64,000 nucleotides of DNA, taken from Macrostomum lignano (taxonomy: Eukaryota). The translations under genes and the position numbers were made by a program. Shown piece after piece: positions 35,229-46,501 of the stretch. The notes beneath the pieces are model-generated. The model was not told where the DNA came from, did not search any database, and was given only the letters and a program-made list of their open reading frames with translations. Every line of letters begins with the position of its first letter. The first letter of the stretch is position 1. The stretch is from positions 248,001 to 312,000 of the forward strand of contig NIVC01001098.1 in assembly GCA_002269645.1 (NCBI GenBank), in the 5' to 3' direction.

Positions 35229-38200
35229 ATGCTGTCGGTCTCAATTCACCGCTTGCTGCTGTTGCTGTGCGCTCTGGTTGGCATGGCTACGACTGAGCTG
35301 GTTCACGTATCCGTGCTGTTCCGCCACGGTCACCGGTCGCCTGTGCAGCTTCTGCCCAGCCAGAATTTCACTGTCGACAATTACTGGAAGGATGGGCTGG
35401 GCGAGCTCACCAATATTGGCAAGATGAACGAGTTTAACCTGGGACAATTCCTCAGGAAGAGGTGAGTCATTGGCGACCTTCCCTGCACTCACCTTCTCCC
35501 CTCTGCACTCCACTTCTCTGCACTCCCCTTCTCTGCAGTCCCCTTCTCTGCAGTCCCCTTCTCTACAGTCCCCTTCTCTGCAGTCCCCTTCTCTGCAGTC
35601 CCCTTCTCTGCAGTCCCCTTCTCTGCACTCCCCTTCTCTGCACTCCCCTTCTCTGCACTCACCTTCTCTGCACTCCCCTTCTCTACATTCCCCTTCTCTG
35701 CACTCCCCTTCTCTGCACTCACCTTCTCTGCACTCCCCTTCTCTACACTCCCCTTCTCTGCACTCCGCTTCTCTGCACTCCCCTTCTCTGCAGTCCCCTT
35801 CTCTACACTCCCCTTCTCTACACTCCCCTTCTCTACACTCCCCTTCCCTGCACTCCCCTTCTCTGCAGTCCCCTTCTCTACACTCCCCTTCTCTACACTC
35901 CCCTTCTCTACACTCCCCTTCCCTGCACTCCCCTTCTCTGCAGTCCCCTTCTCTACACTCCCCTTCTCTGCACTCCCCTTCTCTGCACTCCCCTTCTCTG
36001 CACTCCCTTTCTGTGAACTCCCCTTCTCTGCACTCCCCTTCTCTGCACTCCCCTTCTCTGCACTCCCCTTCTCTGCACTCCCCTTCTCTGCACTCCCCTT
36101 CTCTGCACTCCCCTTCTCTGCACTCCCCTCCTCTGCACTCACCTTTCACTCGCCTGCGCCAGGTACGACGCCTTCCTGGGCCGTCGCTACAACTCCAGCG
36201 CGCACTACGTTCGCTCCACCGACTTCGACCGCACCCTCATGAGCGCCCAGTCCTGCCTTGCTGGCCTCTTCCCGCCAGTTGGAGATCAGCGCTGGAACTC
36301 GCAGTTACCATGGCAACCAATCCCGGTGCACACGGTACCGAAGGCTAAGGATTACCTGCTGGAGGCCCCCGATTTCCCGTGCCCAGAACGGGAGCGCCAG
36401 TTCAAGCAGGTGAACGCCGACCCGGCAAGGCTGCAGTTCTATCGGCCCTACGCCGACTTTCTTAAGCGCCTGAGCGCCGGCGCGGGCATGGCCGTCACCC
36501 CTGCCTCCGTCCACAAAGTGCTGGACACGCTGTGGATCAACAAGGTCGAAGGCCTGCCCGCCCCCGCCTGGCTGAACTACAGCGGGCCCGACTGGCAGCG
36601 CCTCGTGACCGTGGGGAGCTTTCAGTGGAATGAGTACTCCTGGACTCCGGACCTGGTGCGCTTCGGCTCCGGCCGGCTGCTGGACGAAATCCTCGGCACC
36701 ATTGACAACATCAGCCACGGCCGGCTTCCTGACCGGTAATTGGGATAACTCCCTGTGTGGGGGATGGGTTCACTCCTTGCCCTGTGTGGGATCGGGGTCG
36801 CTCCCTGCCCTGTGTGAGATGGGGTCACTCCCTGCCCTGTGGGTCACTCCCCCGTTCCGTGTGGGGGATGGGGTCACTTCCCGTTCCGTGTGGGAGATGG
36901 GGTCACTTCCCCGTTCCGTGTGGGGGATGGGGTCACTTCCCCGTTCCGTGTGGGGGATGGAGTCACTTCCCGTTTCGTGTACGTGGGGGATGGGGTCACT
37001 TCCCCGTTCCGTGTGGGGGATGGAGTCACTTCCCGTTCCGTGTGGGGGATGGAGTCACTTCCCGTTCCGTGTGGGGGATGGAGTCACTTCCCGTTCCGTG
37101 TGGGGGATGGGGTCACTTCCCGTTCCGTGTGGGAGATAGGGTCACTTCCCCGTTCCGTGTGGGGGATGGGGTCACTTCCCCGTTCCGTGTGGGGGATGGA
37201 GTCACTTCCCGTTCCGTGTGGGGGATGGGGTCACTTCCCCGTTCCGTGTGGGGGATGGAGTCACTTCCCCGTTCCGTGTAGGGGTTCGGGGTCACTCCCT
37301 GTCCTGTGTGGGATCAGGTTCACTCCCTGCCCCTGTGTGGATGGGGTCACTCCCTGCCCTGTGTGGGATCAGGGTCACTCCCTGCCCTGTGTGGGATCTT
37401 GGTCACTCCCCCGTTCCGTGTGGGGGATCTTGATCGCTCCCCATCTGACACCAGCTATTGGGCTCCTGACCCCCAGGCTGTTTGGCTCCTGACCCCCAGG
37501 CTATTTGCTCCTGACCCCCAGGCTATTGGGCTCTCCTGACCCCCAGGCTATTTGGCTCTCCTGACCCCCAGGCTATTGAGCTCTCCTGACCCCCAGGCTG
37601 TTTGGCTCCTGACCCCCAGGCTATTGGGCTCCTGACCCCCAGGCTGTTTGGCTCCTGACCCCCAGGCTATTTGCTCCTGACCCCCAGGCTATTGGGCTCT
37701 CCTGACCCCCAGGCTATTTGGCTCTCCTGACCCCCAGGCTATTGAGCCTTCTGACCCCCAGGCTGTTTGGCTCCTGACCCCCAGGCTATTGGGCTCTCCT
37801 GACCCCCAGGCTGTTTGGCTTCTGACCCCCCAGGCTGTTTGGCTCCTGACCCCCAGGCTATTGGGCTCTCCTGACCCCCAGGCTATTGGGCTCTCCTGAC
37901 CCCAGGCTATTGGGCTCTCCTGACCCCCAGGCTATTGGGCTCTCCTGACCCCAGGCTATTGGGCTCTCCTGACCCCCAGGCTATTGGGCTCTCCTGACCC
38001 CAAACAAGCGATTGCATGCAGACTGCATGAAATTTCGCATGCAATGGAGAATCCCCGTCGGTTTTCAGCGGCGCCCGCCTGCGCCTCTACTCCGACCACG
38101 ACACCACGGTGGCCTCCGCACTGGCCGCCCTGGGCAACACAGAATTCGTGTGGCCGGACTTCGCCTCGGCCGTGCTGTTCGAGCTGCACTCCGATTCCGG

Positions 38201-38558
38201 CCAGTTCAGCCTGAAGTTGTTCTTCAGCAACGGCACCGGCAGCCAGCGGCAGCTGTTCACCCTGCCGCCGCCGGGCTGTCCGAAGCCCGGGCAGCCCTGC
38301 CCGCTGGCCAGCGCCCTCGCCGGCCTAGCGCCCATGCGGCTCAGCCTGCCGGAGCTCCTCAAGCGGTGCCGCGTTGAAGGCGGCGACGGCAGCCTAGGCG
38401 GGCTGAGCAGCCGCGTGCAGCTGCTGCTGGCCGGCGGCCTCCTGCTGCTCACCTGCGCCATGCTGGCCTTCGTTGGCGCCTGCCGCTGGTTCCGCCGCCG
38501 CCGCGAGAGGCAGTCGGGTGCGGTGTACAATTCGCTGAACGCCGAGGTGGACGGCTGA
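35229..38558 (+). CDS. Histidine acid phosphatase, lysosomal ACP2-like type I membrane protein
   Basis: Exons 35229-35461, 36163-36735, 38069-38558, phase-consistent. Signal peptide, RHGHRSP catalytic motif, [25 protein letters not shown] motif, C-terminal TM helix and cytosolic YNSL (YxxPhi). Confidence 0.92.
35490..36145. repeat. 15-bp pyrimidine-rich minisatellite in acid phosphatase intron 1
   Basis: Unit ctctgcactcccctt. Confidence 0.96.
36745..38000. repeat. Two adjacent minisatellite blocks in acid phosphatase intron 2
   Basis: ~36745-37425 unit ~gtgtgggggatggggtcacttccccgttcc; ~37455-38000 unit ~ctcctgacccccaggctattgggct. Confidence 0.93.
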
Positions 38559-38744
38559 GCGGAGTGCAGCGCTGCTGCGAACGCAGATGGACTCCCGAAA
38601 AAAGCAGCTGCACGGAGCAGCTCTCGATTTCCCTTTTCAGAAAGTTACAAGTCAGCAGCATTCGAGACCGTTGAGAGATTCCCGAATATTACCCAATATT
38701 GGTTCCTCTGGGTTCCATTGTGAGTGCTTTGTGACTGGGCTCTG

Positions 38745-39226
38745 TGACCCGCCTTCTGTACATTAGCCAGCCGCGGCCCGCTACCGCAACTTCAATGTGA
38801 CCCGCCTTCTGTACATTAGCCAGCCGCGGCCCGCTACCGCAACTTCAATGTGACCCGCCTTCTGTGCATTAGCCAGCCGCGGCCCGCTATCGCAACTTCA
38901 ATGTGACCCGCCTTCTGTGCATTAGCCAGCCGCGGCCCGCTATCGCAACTTCAATGTGACCCGCCTTCTGTACATTAGCCAGCCGCGGCCCGCTACCGCA
39001 ACTTCAATGTGACCCGCCTTCTGTACATTAGCCAGCCGCGGCCCGCTACCGCAACTTCAATGTGACCCGGCCTCTGTACATTAGCCAGCCGCGGCCCGCT
39101 ACCGCAACTTCAATGTGACCTGCCTTCTGTGCATTAGCCAGCCGCGGCCCGCTATCGCAACTTCAATGTGACCCGCCTTCTGTACATTAGCCAGCCGCGG
39201 CCCGCTATCGCAACTTCAATGTGACC
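38745..39226. repeat. 53-bp tandem repeat, 9 copies
   Basis: Unit gtgacccgccttctgtacattagccagccgcggcccgctaccgcaacttcaat. Confidence 0.96.
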
Positions 39227-39849
39227 TTTAATATTTTAATGTTGGCCAGAGCACGGCTGCAGTGCTCAGCTAGGCTGGGCGATGTGAAAGTGAGAGATGC
39301 CTCTTGGGCAGAGATGCCAATCGGTCGATAAGCCAGCAATTGAGCAATTCGCTGATATTTAAACAAGGTTTATTTTGCACTTTTATTTATTTGTGCCCGC
39401 TGGACGACCGGCGGTGCCTCTGTATTCACTGGTTCATCTTAGTATGTCAATCAGCTGACCTTTTAATTCCATTAGCAATCTCTGCAGGTTTTAGCTGCCA
39501 ATGTCACTGCTCAGTATGAATTAAGCTAGTAACTTCTCCGTGATCTGCATTATTTCATAAACTGATTATTTTTAATTAATTGTATAACCTTGAGTTTTGA
39601 TTTTTCCAACCTTTAATATTTTAGCTCTTTACTGGAAGATCAATATTTAAAACATCATGAAAGCCATTGAAATTGCTTATCCATAGGTATCCATAGGTAT
39701 CCATAGGATCCATAGGTATCCATAGGATCCATAGGTATCCATAGGACTGGGTATAAAAACTTGCAAGCTGTAAGCAACTGCGCTGCACCAGAACTTGCCC
39801 CAGCCTCAGAAAGTCACTCAAGACTACATTTTATCACACCGTGTTCCGT

Positions 39850-40030
39850 CACATGATCCCTCACCATGTCACATGATCCCTCACCATGTCACATGATCCC
39901 TCACCATGTCACATGATCCCTCACCATGTCACATGATCCCTCACCATGTCACATGATCCCTCACCGTGTCACATCATCCTCACCATATTATATAATCCCT
40001 CACCATGTCACACGAAGCCGCACCATGTCA
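39850..40030. repeat. 20-bp minisatellite, same family as 41865-42095
   Basis: Unit ccctcaccatgtcacatgat. Confidence 0.92.
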
Positions 40031-40039
40031 TCAGTTGTA

Positions 40040-40350
40040 AAGAAAATAATAGATCTAAACTAAAGAATATTTAAATAAGAGTTGAATTGAATTGTAACAC
40101 TGAAAGGAGCAGTAAGTGGGCGCAGGGCCCAAACCACTGTATTTATAAAACTAACTTCAGGAGGGGGGTTGAGCCCAGAATAATACTCGTAAAGAGAGGG
40201 GTGGAATGCGCGACTAAAGAGAGAGGCGAGAATGGAGAGCCAATCAGAAGGCGGCGAGGGAGAGAGAGATAAGAATAACAAGATTGAACCAGGCAGAGAG
40301 AGAAAGAACAGAGTAAGCAGAGACGAGTGAAGTTGAATGAAGAAATGACT
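40040..40350 (+). mobile_element. Unclassified ~300-bp interspersed repeat, copy A (copy B inverted at 48934-49230)
   Basis: Shared blocks: aaggagc(c)agtaagtgggc..agg cccaaacc; gggtgga.tgcgcgact..gagaggcgagaa.ggagagccaatcagaa; gggagagagagataagaataacaagattga; cagagtaa.cagagac.agtgaag.tgaa..aagaaatga. Confidence 0.75.
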
Positions 40351-40411
40351 AAGAAAGTCGCGACATCAGTAATAAGCCAGCCTCAATGCGTCTCTTGCAG
40401 CCCCACCCGCA

Positions 40412-43400
40412 ATGCCAAAAAAGAAGCGCCAGTCAGCAGCACCGGCTGGCGGCGGCCGCTGCCCGCACCTCCAAGCCGGGGTGGACCTGGCCGCGGTCCG
40501 CAAGACGCTCCGCCAGCTCGGCGGCACGGCGGACGCGCAGCCGTGCAGGCCAGTTTGTGACGGCTGCGCTGGCGGCGCCACCGGCGGGCTCTGGCTCTGC
40601 CTGCGCTGCGCCGCCGCAGGCTGCGGCCGCTACACCGACTGCCGACAGGCGCTGAAGCACTTCAAAACAGCCAGCCATCCGGTCGCTGTGTCGATGGACC
40701 AGCTGCAGGTAAGTGACGTCATTTTATCTCCGTCGGCCTGGGCGCATAGAAATTTTTAAGAGGCCCCCCCTGACTGCTCTGCTCCATCCTGCTGCCTCCC
40801 CAGGCCTGGTGCTACGTCTGCGACCGCGAACTGCCCACCAGCGGCTCCGGCGAGTTCGCCACCGCCTGCAACCTGCTGCGCTGCCACGCCGACCGCTTGG
40901 CCGCCCTGCCGGCTGCCGCCGCTGTTGACGGGCGTCGCGCTGTCTCCGCCGCCGCCGGGCGGGAGTGCCGCGGCTTGTCGAACCTGGGCAACACCTGCTT
41001 CTTCAACTCCATCCTGCAGTGCCTCGCCCACCTGCCCGGCCTGGCCGATCTGCTCGCACAGCACGCGGTCGCCGCCTCTGGCGAGCTGACGCTGCCGGCC
41101 GGAGCCGAGCCGCTGCGGCTGCGCCTCACCGAGCCAGCCGGCCGGACCACGAAGTGCTTGGCGGCCACCCTGGCGGCCATCCGCAGCGGCCAGCAGGCGC
41201 CACACCGGCCGTCCGACCTGCTCGGCCAGGTGATGGAGCGGAACCCCCGCTTTCGGGGCCGCCAGCAGCAGGACGCGCACGAGCTGCTGAGGACGCTGCT
41301 GGACGCCTCCAAGACCGAGGAGGTGCGGCGCATCCAGACGGCCATCCTGGCCAGCCTGGGACTCGGCAAGGGCTCCGATCCCAAGCAGGTGAGTCTCCCC
41401 GAATTCATTTTTTTTTTTTTTTTTTTTAGAGGCAGGGGGGTTGTGTGCACCCTGGCGCACTTTAAGCGACATGGGCACACAACCGGTGAGAGGCATTACT
41501 GCCCATTCCGCCGACTCCCCTGAGCAGGCATACAAGCGCGCGGATACGTTACGCAGGCACACACTCACACAGGAGTGTACAGCGGCCCTAACTTTATCAA
41601 TTGTTAGGCATGTACACTTCACTGCGCCTTGGGGGGTTGGCTCTCAAGGCCGTTAATTGCACAAGCGAGCCAAGCCGAAATTCCAATTCAGCCCCAAATT
41701 AATGTGGCTGCACTTGGAATCGAGCCTGGGTCGCGGCACACCAGAGCAGCTGCGCTACCGCTGGGCTACGGCCCCCCTTCCCCGAATTCATAGTCTGCGC
41801 TAAATAAGTTGCTTTTTGTGCCTGTGGGGATTACGAATTGCAAAAGCAAAAGCTCATGAGCCACCTGCTCACCATGCCACATCATCCTCACCATGTCACA
41901 TTATCCCTCACCATGTCACATGATCCCTCACCATGTCACATCATCCTCACCATGTCACATCATCCTCACCATGTCACATCATCCTCACCATGTCACATGA
42001 TCCCTCACCATGCCACATCATCCTCACCATGTCACATCATCCTCACCATGTCACATCATCCTCACCATGTTACATCATGACGTCATCCTCACCGTGTCAG
42101 GATGAGGGCAATTTTTGCAGCGGTATTTCCCAAGCTGCAGTTTCCCTTTCCATACTTATTGAGCGGTACGGAGCACCCAAGCCCGTTGAACTCATGACTC
42201 AGCATATTTTACCTTCTCCGTCACTGCAGGTGCCGCAGGAGCTGCGGGATCGAGCTCGCGCCCTCAACCACAGCGCCAGAGACAGCACGGTGATTGACGC
42301 CGAGTTCTCCGGCCGCCTGGTCTCCGAGCTGGTCTGCCTGCAGTGCGGCAGAGCGTCCCGCACGCCGGAGATATTCCAGGACCTCATGCTGCCCATCACC
42401 GAGACCGTCCACCACCGGCCTTCGGCGGCGCCGCGCTCTGTGTCGCCTTCGACTTCGTCCACAGCCGGGACCCCGGAGCCGAAGCAGCGGCGGGAGAAGA
42501 ACCGGCGCCAGCAGCGGCTCACCAAAAAGCAGCAGAAGCGCGCGGCCAAGCAGCAGCGGCAGCAGCAGATTGAGAAGGGCCGGCTGGACGAGATGGAGGC
42601 GGAGAAGAAGCTGGAAAGCCTCACCCTGGGTGATAAGGCGGACGAGCCTGAGATTGAGAAGGCGGAGCTGGACTCCCGCGCTGTTGAGAATCCCGACAAG
42701 GCCGACGGGAGCGCGGGCGAAGGTGCGGAGAAGCCGGCAGCTGAGGAGTTGGTGGTGAAGGAGGCGGGTGCAGAGAAGCCGGCAGCTGAGGAGTCGGAGA
42801 TGAAGGTGGCGGGTGCAGAGAAGCCGGCAGCTGGGGAGTTGGAGATGATGGAGGCGGGTGCAGAGAAGCCGGCAGCTGAGGAGTTGGTGGTGAAGGAGGC
42901 GGGTGTGGAGAAGCCGGCAGCTGATGAGTCGGAGATGAAGGAGGCGGGTGCAGAGAAGCCGGCAGCTGAGGAGTCGGAGATGGAGGAGGCGGGTGCAGAG
43001 AAGCCGGCAGCTGAGGAGTCGGAGATGGAGGAGGCGGGTGCAGAGAAGCCGGCAGCTGAGGAATTGGAGATGAAGGAGGTGGGTGCAGAGAAGCCGGCAG
43101 CTGAGGAATCGGAGATGGAGGAGGTGGGTGCAGAGAAGCCGGCAGATGAGGAGTTGGTGGTGAAGGAGGCGGGTGCAGAGAAGCCGGCAGCTGAGGAGTC
43201 GGAGATGGAGGAGGCGGGTGCAGAGAAGCCGGCAGCTGAGGAGTCGGAGATGAAGGAGGCGGGTGCAGAGAAGCCGGCAGCTGAGGAGTCGGTGGTGAAG
43301 GAGGCTCAGCAGGATGCTTCAAAAGAGCAAGCTGTCCAGGACGCTCGCAGCGACGTGGACTCCAGCATGGAGGCGGAGTCCGGCACGCCGGAGCTGCTGA

Positions 43401-44599
43401 ACCGCACGGACACGCTGGAGGGCTGCCTGGCGGACAGCAGCGAACCCGAGGAGACAGACAATAAGGCTTCGACTAAAGCGCCTCCGTCAGCGTCGCAGCC
43501 TTTGCGGTCAGAGCCGCTGCCCCCACCTGGCACGCTGGAGCACTGCCTGTTCCAGTTCACTGCCGCCGAGTTGCTCACCGCTGGCAACCGATTTCGCTGC
43601 GAAGGCTGCGGCGCCGCCACTGATCACAGCAAGCGGCTGCTCATCGACCAGCCGCCGCGGCTGCTGACGCTGCAGTTGAAGCGCTTCGCCCAGCAGGGTC
43701 GCCAGCTGCGCAAGTCGGGCAGCCACATTCGCTGCCGCGCTGCTGCTGCTGTTGCTTCCGGCCAGCTGATTGATTTCCAGCTCTGCTCAATTGTCGAGCA
43801 CTCCGGCAGCCTGGCCGGCGGTCACTACACCGCCTACGTGTGCGCCCAGTCCGGCCGCTGGTACCACATCAGCGACTCGCACGTGTCTCCCGCCTCAGAG
43901 GCTCAGGCACTGAACGCGGAGGCCTACCTGCTGTTCTATGCCAGGATTGGCCCGGGTGCATCGGTTGGAGACTCGCAACCGGCGGAGTCCGCGACTTCTG
44001 GGTTTGTGCCCGCTGAGCCGGTGCCTGCTGAGCCGGTATCTGCTGAGCCGGTATCTGCTGAGCCGGTATCTGCTGAGCCGGTATCTGCTGAGCCGGTATC
44101 TGCTGAGCCAGTATCTGCTGAGCCAGTATCTGCTGAGCCAGTGTCTGCTGAGCCAGTGTCTGCTGAGCCAGTGTCTGCTGAGCCAGTGTCTGCTGAGCCG
44201 GTGTCTGCTGAGCCAGTGTCTGCTGAGCCAGTGTCTGCTGAGCCGGTATCTGCTGAGCCAGTGTCTGCTGAGCCGGTATCTGCTGAGCCAGTATCTGCTG
44301 AGCCAGTATCTGCTGAGCCAGTATCTGCTGAGCCGGTATCTGCTGAGCCAGTATCTGCTGAGCCGGTATCTGCTGAGCCAGTGTCTGCTGAGCCAGTATC
44401 TGCTGAGCCAGTATCTGCTGAGCCGGTGTCTGCTGAGCCGGTGTCTGCTGAGCCAGTGTCTGCTGAGCCGGTGCCCGCTGAGCCGGTGCCCGCTGAGTTG
44501 GTGCCCGCTGACTCAGAGCCGATGCCTCGCGAGTCGGCCACTGCGGACCCTTCGCCTGCCTGCTCGAGTCTTCGGCAGCCTCAGGCCGCCTGTACGTGA
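40412..44599 (+). CDS. Ubiquitin-specific protease of the USP16/USP45 type (zf-UBP plus split catalytic domain)
   Basis: Exons 40412-40708, 40804-41388, 42230-44599 (phase 0, GT-AG). zf-UBP (CPHL...LWLCLRC...CGR...HF...H...WCYVCD), Cys box GLSNLGNTCFFNSILQ, QQQDAHELLR, His box EHSGSLAGGHYTAYV, WYHISDSHV. USP16 versus USP45 cannot be resolved. Confidence 0.9.
41409..41778 (-). mobile_element. tRNA-derived SINE, copy 2, in USP intron 2
   Basis: Near-identical to 13710-14077; TSD tccccgaattcat at 41396-41408 and 41779-41791. Confidence 0.93.
41865..42095. repeat. 18-20-bp minisatellite in USP intron 2
   Basis: Unit catc(c)ctcaccatgtcaca. Confidence 0.92.
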
Positions 44600-45040
44600 C
44601 CAGCATGAGTTCATGATGCACTTTCGTTCGTGACTGCTGCGCATTGTAACATGAAATTTGATTTCGTATATCCGAGTGCCTCATTGCCATGTCAGCCTTC
44701 TCTGTCATTCTTGTTTCGGACTGCTCAGAATATTCGTTTGACCAGCTCGATGCTCCATTCAGGGTGCAGGCTCGCATTTGCATTGCTCTGTTCCCTGCCC
44801 TCCCACTGCATGTTTGCCATGATGTGCTACTCCCGTGCCCCTCTTTGATTCCTACATTTTGAATAGCCCTGACTTTGCTCCCTTTATTTATTAAAGATCT
44901 GGGTGGTTTTTATGCGGTCAATTATACAAGTGGAATGAAATTCGAAGATCTGTAATTGTCTTTTTTCGCCGTGACATTTTGTGATCTTAAGGATAAAATT
45001 GGTAAGCGTTCTGCTCCCGTGTCTTTGCGTACTTTCAAAC

Positions 45041-45346
45041 GGGGTGTAGCCTAGTGGTTAGGGCGTCCGACTCACGACTTGAAGGTCGGGGGTTCAATTC
45101 TAAATCTTACTGGAACAATTTGTGTCCTTGAGCAAGACACTTAACTCTGCATTGCTTCAGTTCATCCAGCTGTAAAATGGTTGCCAGCATTAGCTGGGGT
45201 AATTGAGAGGGTGTGTGGCGACCCCCCAGTCCTTGGACTGAACAGCCGTACGCAGCCTTCAGATGCGCCGCGCAATAGCTGCGGCTGAGCTATCGGTTGT
45301 ACATCTGCCTTCTAGGTGTGCTAGAATTGTTATCATTTATTATCAT
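45041..45346 (+). mobile_element. tRNA-derived SINE with CORE/Meta-like central domain
   Basis: Head ggggtgtagcctagtggttagggcg...ggttcaattc (A/B boxes), central gtgtccttgagcaagacacttaactct...cttcagttcatccagctgtaaaatgg, (TCAT/TTAT)-type tail, possible 8-bp TSD tactttca (45030-37, 45346-53). Confidence 0.85.
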
Positions 45347-45371
45347 ACTTTCAGTGACTGCTGTTGCTGCC

Positions 45372-46232
45372 CCAGTGCTTCAGTGAGCTCCGCTGCTCCC
45401 CCCTCGGTGCTTCAGTGAGCTCCGCTGCTCCCCCCTCGGTGCTTCAGTGAGCTCCGCTGCTCCCCCCTCGGTGCTTCAGTGAGCTCCGCTGCTCCCCCTC
45501 GGTGCTTCAGTGAGCTCCGCTGCTCCCCCCTCGGTGCTTCAGTGAGCTCCGCTGCTCCCCCCTCGGTGCTTCAGTGAGCTCCGCTGCTCCCCCCTCGGTG
45601 CTTCAGTGAGCTCCGCTGCTCCCCCCTCGGTGCTTCAGTGAGCTCCGCTGCTCCCCCTCGGTGCTTCAGTGAGCTCCGCTGCTCCCCCTCGGTGCTTCAG
45701 TGAGCTCCGCTGCTCCCCCTCGGTGCTTCAGTGAGCTCCGCTGCTCCCCCTCGGTGCTTCAGTGAGCTCCGCTGCTCCCCCCTCGGTGCTTCAGTGAGCT
45801 CCGCTGCTCCCCCCTCGGTGCTTCAGTGAGCTCCGCTGCTCCCCCCTCGGTGCTTCAGTGAGCTCCGCTGCTCCCCCCTCGGTGCTTCAGTGAGCTCCGC
45901 TGCTCCCCCTCGGTGCTTCAGTGAGCTCCGCTGCTCCCCCCTCGGTGCTTCAGTGAGCTCCGCTGCTCCCCCCTCGGTGCTTCAGTGAGCTCCGCTGCTC
46001 CCCCCTCGGTGCTTCAGTGAGCTCCGCTGCTCCCCCCTCGGTGCTTCAGTGAGCTCCGCTGCTCCCCCCTCGGTGCTTCAGTGAGCTCCGCTGCTCCCCC
46101 CTCGGTGCTTCAGTGAGCTCCGCTGCTCCCCCCTCGGTGCTTCAGTGAGCTCCGCTGCTCCCCCCTCGGTGCTTCAGTGAGCTCCGCTGCTCCCCCCTCG
46201 GTGCTTCAGTGAGCTCCGCTGCTCCCCTCAGT
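45372..46232. repeat. 31/32-bp minisatellite
   Basis: Unit gtgcttcagtgagctccgctgctccccc(c)tcg, ~27 copies. Confidence 0.97.
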
Positions 46233-46501
46233 GAGCACAGCAAGCCAGTCAGTTTTTCTGTATGCCGGAGTCAAGCCAGAAGCAGGAAAAGCTTTCCTGT
46301 GTATTTAATCCGCCTTGCGCAACGAATTGCTCCCACGCAAGGGTTGACAATCTCTATTCTACGCTCGTAAGAGTGCGTGCAGCTATGGGCGGGTGGTGCA
46401 GGAAACTAGCTAATTTTGTCCGTCATACTACTGCTTGCTGTTGAAATTCCAGTAGCATAGTTCAGATAGTTTTATTTCGTTGTTTATAAGGCTGCTTTGC
46501 A

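Noticed and set aside
35241-36348. CREGE / HSPSL / AEKGS repeat ORFs
   Set aside because: Translations of the 15-bp repeat within acid phosphatase intron 1.
41933-42229. N-terminal part of the 888-aa ORF (MSHHPHHVT...)
   Set aside because: Lies in USP intron 2 and translates the minisatellite; true coding resumes at the acceptor 42229/42230.
45041-45115. tRNA gene
   Set aside because: A and B boxes are present, but there is no complementary acceptor stem and it continues into a SINE body and tail.
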